This document shows, piece by piece, positions 58,001 to 64,000 of a stretch of 64,000 nt of DNA; position 1 is the stretch's first letter; each line of letters opens with the position of its first letter. Below the pieces are notes generated by a model. The model saw nothing but the letters and a program-made list of their open reading frames with translations, was not told where the DNA came from and made no database searches. Source of the DNA: Curvularia clavata (taxonomy: Eukaryota); NCBI GenBank assembly GCA_023920165.1, contig CP089276.1, forward strand, positions 3,472,001 through 3,536,000. Reading direction: 5' to 3'. A program made the position numbers and the translations under genes.

Positions 58001-58369
58001 TCCGCCTCGGCTCGTGTCCAGCGCTAGGGCGGCATCGCATGTCGGGCAGTGCTGCGACTCAAACTCGCGAATGTACTCGTAGAAGCAGGCTTCGTGCGAG
58101 ACATGGCCACAAGAGAGCTGCAGGATGCGCTCGCCCCGCAGCGTGTACTCGAGGTTCTCTTCACAGACGCAGCATTCGCTGCCAATGAAGGTCCTGTCTC
58201 GGCGGGTCCGGCTCTTCTCAATGTCCATGGCGCCCGTGACGCCTCTGGTAGAGCGCGGGGGGAGAGGTTGTGAGGCAAGGTTGACGTCGGAGCGGTGGTT
58301 GTGGGAGGTGAAGGACGACTTTGCAGTGTGACTGCTGCGCGAGTTGGGACGGAATCCTAGGAAAGACAT
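55053..58369 (-). CDS. RING-H2 / PH-like / von Willebrand A scaffold protein (Far1/Ste5-type architecture); exons 58369-57985, 57933-56277, 56226-55053; 5' end uncertain
   Basis: CCVC...CGHVSHEAC...CPTC RING, CYLFSEMLICVKEK PH-like segment, VDIVVVIPVSSSM...DRMGLVTF...ILLISD vWA. Two canonical introns. Confidence 0.88.
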
Positions 58370-61300
58370 GAGCGCGCCTGAGCCCCCAGACGGGTCACAA
58401 TGGGAGCTGGGGAGGCTGTACTATCGCTGCGGCCGACGAGGGGACCAAACTGGACGGCCTTTTTTGGTTTGCTGGTGGTTGTGGGTGTAGTGGTGATGGT
58501 GGAGGCAGAATTGGGCTTGGTGAAGAGAGCAAGACTGGCGGGCAGAGGGTCCTGGAAAAGCTTGTGGGGTGGCAGAGGACGGCGGCGGCCAGACAAAGAA
58601 AGGTCAAACCCGTTGGACATGGAAGGGCCGGGAGAGGGCGTGGAAACGGGGATGGGGAGCAGGGCTCGCTTTTGGATCGCCTCAAGCACGTTTCAGCATC
58701 GAGGAGGGCAGGGCAGAGTAGGCAGTCGAGCGGCTTGGGGCAGGGTGGACCTTTAGGTTAGAGGCTCCAGGTACCGGGGGGGGCTGCCATTGCGCGCGAC
58801 ACACGATTCGAGCCGTGGCACACGGACGCCCATGGAGGAGAGGTGTGCTGTGTGTGCCCTCGCATGCCTTGGTGCCGCTAAACTAGACGCTGCATGTGCG
58901 TCGGGGTTCCATGTGGCATCCACTATCAACTCGCACTAAAGACGTATCCCGCCGGCCCTTTTGCTCTGGCAAGGAAGACACGGCGCCCGACGCATCTCTC
59001 GCTCCCCCCCTGCACACGGGGCACCACGCCGTCGCCCGCCTGCGAGAATAGGGAGGGTTGGCATCCCCCCAACGCCCACGCCCCCAGCGCCCATTCGCCC
59101 TTTCAATACCACTGATTCAGCCGCCGCGGGCCCATGCTGCCGGGTCAGAGACCGTTCGCAGTGCGAATCCTCTCTCTGCCACTGGTCCGTGGCCATGATC
59201 CGTGTCCGAAGCGAGCTGGGCCCAGTCAGGAGAAAGAGAGCGGCCGGTCCGGTACTGCCAGGCACACACACATACTACAGTATACACAGCCAGAAAAGAC
59301 AGGCACACACGCAGACACTCGTCGCCGTCGTCCTGCAACCCTGACGGCACGTCATACCTGCCATCTGCGCCTCCATGACACGGCGCCCCCTCCTCGTCTC
59401 GTCATACCCCCTCCTAGCCACCTCTCGTCTCCTCTGTGGCTTGCGACTACAGAACGCGCTAGAAGCTTTCTTGGATTCATTGGAAAGGGCCTCTCCCGCC
59501 AACCCTCGACCGAGTCAGGCTCTGCTGGCAAACTTTGGGTGCGCGGTGGATACGACGGACATGCGCCTTTTCTAGAAACCTGCAGCCGCCTTGATGCCAT
59601 GACCCTGACGAGTGATGCGACCCTGAGAGACGACCTGACCCTGGAATCTGCGTCCTGTACTTGTAATAACAGCCCTGAGGGAAAGCCCCTCCCAAACGAG
59701 CAAGTTATGTGACCGTCCCCTCGAGTCGCCCGCGGCCAAAGCCCATGTCAGTAGTAGGCCTTCGGCCTGCAGTTCGTCGCTCATCACAAACTCGCCTTCT
59801 TGCGAACTGCAACCACAGCCATGCAATCCTCCGGCCCTCTCGCGCCCGCTGGATCTTCCGGCCCCGTGCGGGTCGCGCAGTCGGCTACACATGGCGCGCA
59901 CGTGGATTCTGAACATCACGACGGAACCACCACCACCACCGTCGCCACAATTGCTCAACTACTAGCAACTACAACGTCCCTCGACAGAACTCGATCTCCA
60001 GATCTACGCCAGGGCAGATAAGGCCTGCCGAGCTTAGGCATCCCGTCAGCAAACACCATGGCTTGCTCTATCCGAGCTATCCTCTGTCCATGATCACGCA
60101 CACACCCACATGGGACGAAAAGTTCCCCCGCCGCCAGCCTTCTTCTGTACTCTGCTCTTCTCTACTATGCCAATAAAAGATTCTTCCTCCTACTGGTTTT
60201 TTTTTCTGACGGGACTGGTGCCGATTCGCCCACTGGCCTAGTTGGCGGGGCGCCATTCACTTAGCGCAACTAAGTCGGCTGCAGGTTCAAGCGCAAACAT
60301 GGACGAGCAAACACGCCCATCTTCCCAAAACAGGCTCACTGGTTGCTGCTTTGTCCACGTGTGCCCAAAATGGATCATGGTGCACCTCGTCGTACGCTAC
60401 TGTACAAGTGTAGAACGTCTGTGTCCATGGCATTCTCGCAACAGTTACCGTCATGACAGGGCAACCCATGATTCAGATGTTTTTATGAATCGCTCTGGCT
60501 CCCCGCTTGATGCCGATCATCTTTCCTACTCGCTTTACCGTCTGTCCCTGGTAGTCTGGACTCATTTAAACATGCTTGCCAGTAACAACAGGTATGTTTC
60601 CCGGGGCAATTGAGATCCAATGGCCACAACCTGTCACCCTCAGTACCCGGCCGCATGCGTGGAACCAGTGTCACCCCAGCCAAGAGTGTATCTATGAGCC
60701 TCGAATGTCCTCGCTACCGTTCCTTTCGTCACCGTATTGCAAAGCAAGATGCAGGTAGCGTCAGAAGCAAGGTGGTACCAACATCATTTCGTAATCCGCT
60801 TACCAACACATCATAATCATTGTGTCCACTGCCAACCCCAAAACAAGTTCAAAAAAATGTAATTACTGTTGCGCAGACGGTCAACGATGGTCTCGCGTAG
60901 CTTGGCCCTTAGTGCATGCATCTGAGACCTCCGCACCATGACCGGCGCAGGGCTAGGATGAAGCCAGTTTGCCAACCTCGGCTTTTGACAATTCCTCCCA
61001 CTTGCTCCCAAATATATCCACAGCTGCGTTGACGACGTGTTCCTTCTTGCGCAACCCCGCCTGCTCTCACCGGTTCATGCTCGTTGGTCGCCTCACTTCA
61101 GGAGACTGCTCCAGCCATTCAGCTTGGTAGCCTCCTCGCTACACATTTACCGTAGTGTGTGCAGAAAAGGGACGACTATTGAATGAACAGAGAAAGGTAC
61201 GCAAGAAGGCCATAGCGTCTCCACGTGGTTGCTTGGTCGCTTGCCCAAATTCGGACATATCTGATGTCATCATGAGATGGCGTCTAGGCGACTGATAGAC

Positions 61301-64000
61301 TAACCTGGAGACGACAGATACTACCGAGCGAAAAGGGGTCTTGCACGGCTATCACAACATTCGGTACACCAGAACAGCAGTGCGGGTGTGCCGTTGCTCA
61401 ATACCGGTATCACTTCGGTGTTGGCGTCGACCTTGTGACTCGTATTGCCTGAAGCACCGCCTCAACCAACCCCAGTTGACACTTCCCCGAACGACTGTCG
61501 TGTTTGACTTCAACGTCTGGCGTTTGCCTTGTCCTTCTAGCAGCCAACAGCGATTGCTGACTGAGGTGATGTGATTTGTCTCGCCATTAATTTCTGGCCA
61601 TTTGCGGACTTCTCGGGAAGCCACCGCTTGTAGAGTTCAATAACAACCAGAACAAGAACACTGCGACACGCCTGCAGTAAGACCTCACTAGGCTGTCCCT
61701 GCGTTGTTAGGCAGCCATCGGAGCATTCCTAGAAGAGAGGAGTATTATCTGGTACCGGGACGGAACGGTTAGCTCAACAGATGTGATCGGAGTCGACTCC
61801 GCGGGCCACGTTTGACTATGGTCGGACCGCCCAACTGTCGTCCTGAGCCGTCCCCCTCAGTGACAATCCTATTTACGGGCCCAGGGGCTGTGTCAACGTT
61901 TCACGCAAATCCAAGGCGATCGAGACTTAGCAGAACACCAAATGGCGAGCTTATGCTCAGAGCCTCTAGAACATGCACGATTGAGAAATCGTGGATAAGA
62001 AGTGGCCATCGTGAGTATATGTAGGTTTCAGCTACTATCCATGGTCACGTAGCACATATGCGCCGGTAGCAGTTTGTCATATTCGACAGTTCTGGATTCA
62101 CCAAAGCTAAAGAATCCCGTCTTGTTTTTAGTCGCTTGTTATACAATCTGTATTCAATCCTTTCCCTCCACAGCTCAATCAATGCAGATAATTTTATGCA
62201 ATGTAGTAAAGCAAGGTTTGGCACTTGCTACCAACATGGTGGAACGCTTCGGAGCAGTCACCGAGGCAGCGTCCCTCCTCTCTCATCGCCTTCTTGTCGC
62301 CCTCATTCTCAAGTCTCGACCCCACACTTGGGAAAACACGAGACATGCTACGTCCATGTCACTGCTGGAGACTTCCAAGCCAGACCAAAATCGAAGATTT
62401 CTGCCTCAACATGATCATTCAATTTTCTCACCATGCTTACGGCAAACCCAAGTTCCAGTGTAGTGAGCAAGCCCTTGCAACGCTCGCAACCGCCCAAGGG
62501 ATCTACATGAGGTCTGTGCCAACTCTAGACCTTGTTCGGGAGTCTGGGGAACAATCATATTGTGGTAGACTCCGTAGTTAAGTTCACAACGATGATGCTC
62601 AGATCTCCGCTAACCAGCTAGGGTGGGCACCAACCATGCAAAGCTATATTCTCCGCCACGTGTGCAAGAGGTAATTCACAAACTTTGTTCGATTTGTCTT
62701 GCTGCCCAAATCTAATTCACACGCAATTCATCAAACGCTCAGTGGCTCCGGTCGATCAATTCCCAGGGCTGAGCCAACGTCGAACCCCTGTGCGACGACT
62801 CACCAACAACGCACACCATTGCTGTTGTCTTGAATTTGAGTCCCTTGATTTAGTGTGTTGGTCTGTTTCAGCAAGTTCGCTCGTTTACGCCTCGGTAGTT
62901 GACAACGAGTTTAGGATGCGTTGTCTTTCCCGCCACAGTCAATACTGCAGATCAACATTCCCGAACTGCAACATGAAGAACTTTGATAACAAGGATTGGT
63001 ACCAACAAGCCTAGAGGTACAATCAACGCCCCTGACATTCGGGAGTCTATGAAAATTATTTATCGTCTCGCAGTCAGCACTTGTAGTGCCAAAGGCGAAA
63101 CACCGGAGCCACAGTGCCCGAACACTCATTGCTTCCCCTTTTCTGCTACGGTCTCGAAGCTGAGGGTCAATTCCCTGCCACTGCATCTTCTTCAGCCAGA
63201 GTATCTAACAGCCACCTCAGCTTTGTTTGTATGCTCGTTGCAAATGCATGTGGCGAGGTGGCACTCTCTTGTTGCGTGACTGTAGGATTGCGACTAGTGA
63301 AAGCCATTCAGCTCAATTCTGGCGTGGTCTTGGCTTTCTGTCGTCCTATTGCGAGGACGTTAATTAACTAGAGAAAATTTGACCATAAGTTCAGATAGCT
63401 GAGAATGCGCTGAGACGTCTTGTATTTTAGCCAGCTGGTATACTTTCGTCGTTCCAGTGAAATGTAACCCTTCATCGTGTGTTCAGACAATCATCTCTTG
63501 TGCTTGTAGTATTCATTGCATGGTTACATTCCAGTCTACAAAGTGTGCCCTATAAAATCATCTCACCACAGCTGTCAAGCTCATTCTTACAGACCCATGT
63601 CTTTCTTCTCTCTCTTGGCCCACATGCTCGATCTCCAGCTCCCATTGCATGACAGGGCTTCCCTCCCCTCGCCCCACATCAAATACGAATAAAGGAAAAA
63701 GAACGACAGAGAAAGAAAAAGACAAGGGAGTGTTCATGCAATGCACAGGCAGTGCTGGTGACATATAATCCAGGGAACTTGATATGCAAACCACATCCTT
63801 GGGTGTTCGCTTGTCTCACATAATATCCCTGCTCACCGACCACTTGTCATGTCCTCTACATGGATACATCTTCGGCATACCTAACGCATGTGTGCCGACT
63901 CTTCAGACTACCACCCATGCCCCTACAACGTAGTCCCAGCGTGGCCCGGTTCCCCGATACGAACCGGGATCGTGATTTAAGAGATGTTCGTCCCGATTTT

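Noticed and set aside
61765..61810. tRNA-like TAGCTCA and GGAGTCGACTCC
   Set aside because: Too short, no anticodon arm or acceptor stem, and the T-loop lacks TTC.
58800..64000. Numerous 60-190 aa ORFs, including a 66-aa ATG ORF at 59821-60021
   Set aside because: No recognisable domains or coherent exon chain; treated as a long regulatory intergenic region.
1..64000. CRISPR arrays, rRNA, tRNA, intact transposons and TGA-CTA readthrough contexts
   Set aside because: None seen by eye: no repeat-spacer array, transposase or RT ORF, rRNA/tRNA signature, or readthrough context at the stops inspected.

Overview
Eukaryotic DNA from a filamentous ascomycete, probably a Dothideomycete (inferred from short GT-AG introns with CTRAY branch points and the gene set). 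I count 22 protein-coding genes. Most are housekeeping: MTG1, an Acinus-like SAP/RRM protein, MRPL17, CCT8, CWC24, Num1/ApsA, ISY1, a divergent NIP7/NOC3 pair, a VIP36-like lectin, TIM13, NUC1, TCD-type dehydratase and a Far1-like RING-PH-vWA protein. The rest are a Zn2Cys6 factor, two alpha/beta hydrolases, an ADH6-like dehydrogenase, a secreted tyrosinase, two uncharacterised proteins and a secreted Kex2-site polyprotein. The most unusual signals are non-coding and lie at 37.9-39.8 kb. (1) An unannotated spliced minus-strand non-coding transcript carries a 146-nt box C/D snoRNA in its second intron. Its structured middle exon holds short motifs matching U1, U2 and U5 snRNA elements. (2) The tyrosinase gene has a 442-nt intron built from four back-to-back stem-loops inside a closing stem. 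All structures were paired by eye and no database search or folding program was run, so identities and novelty are unverified.
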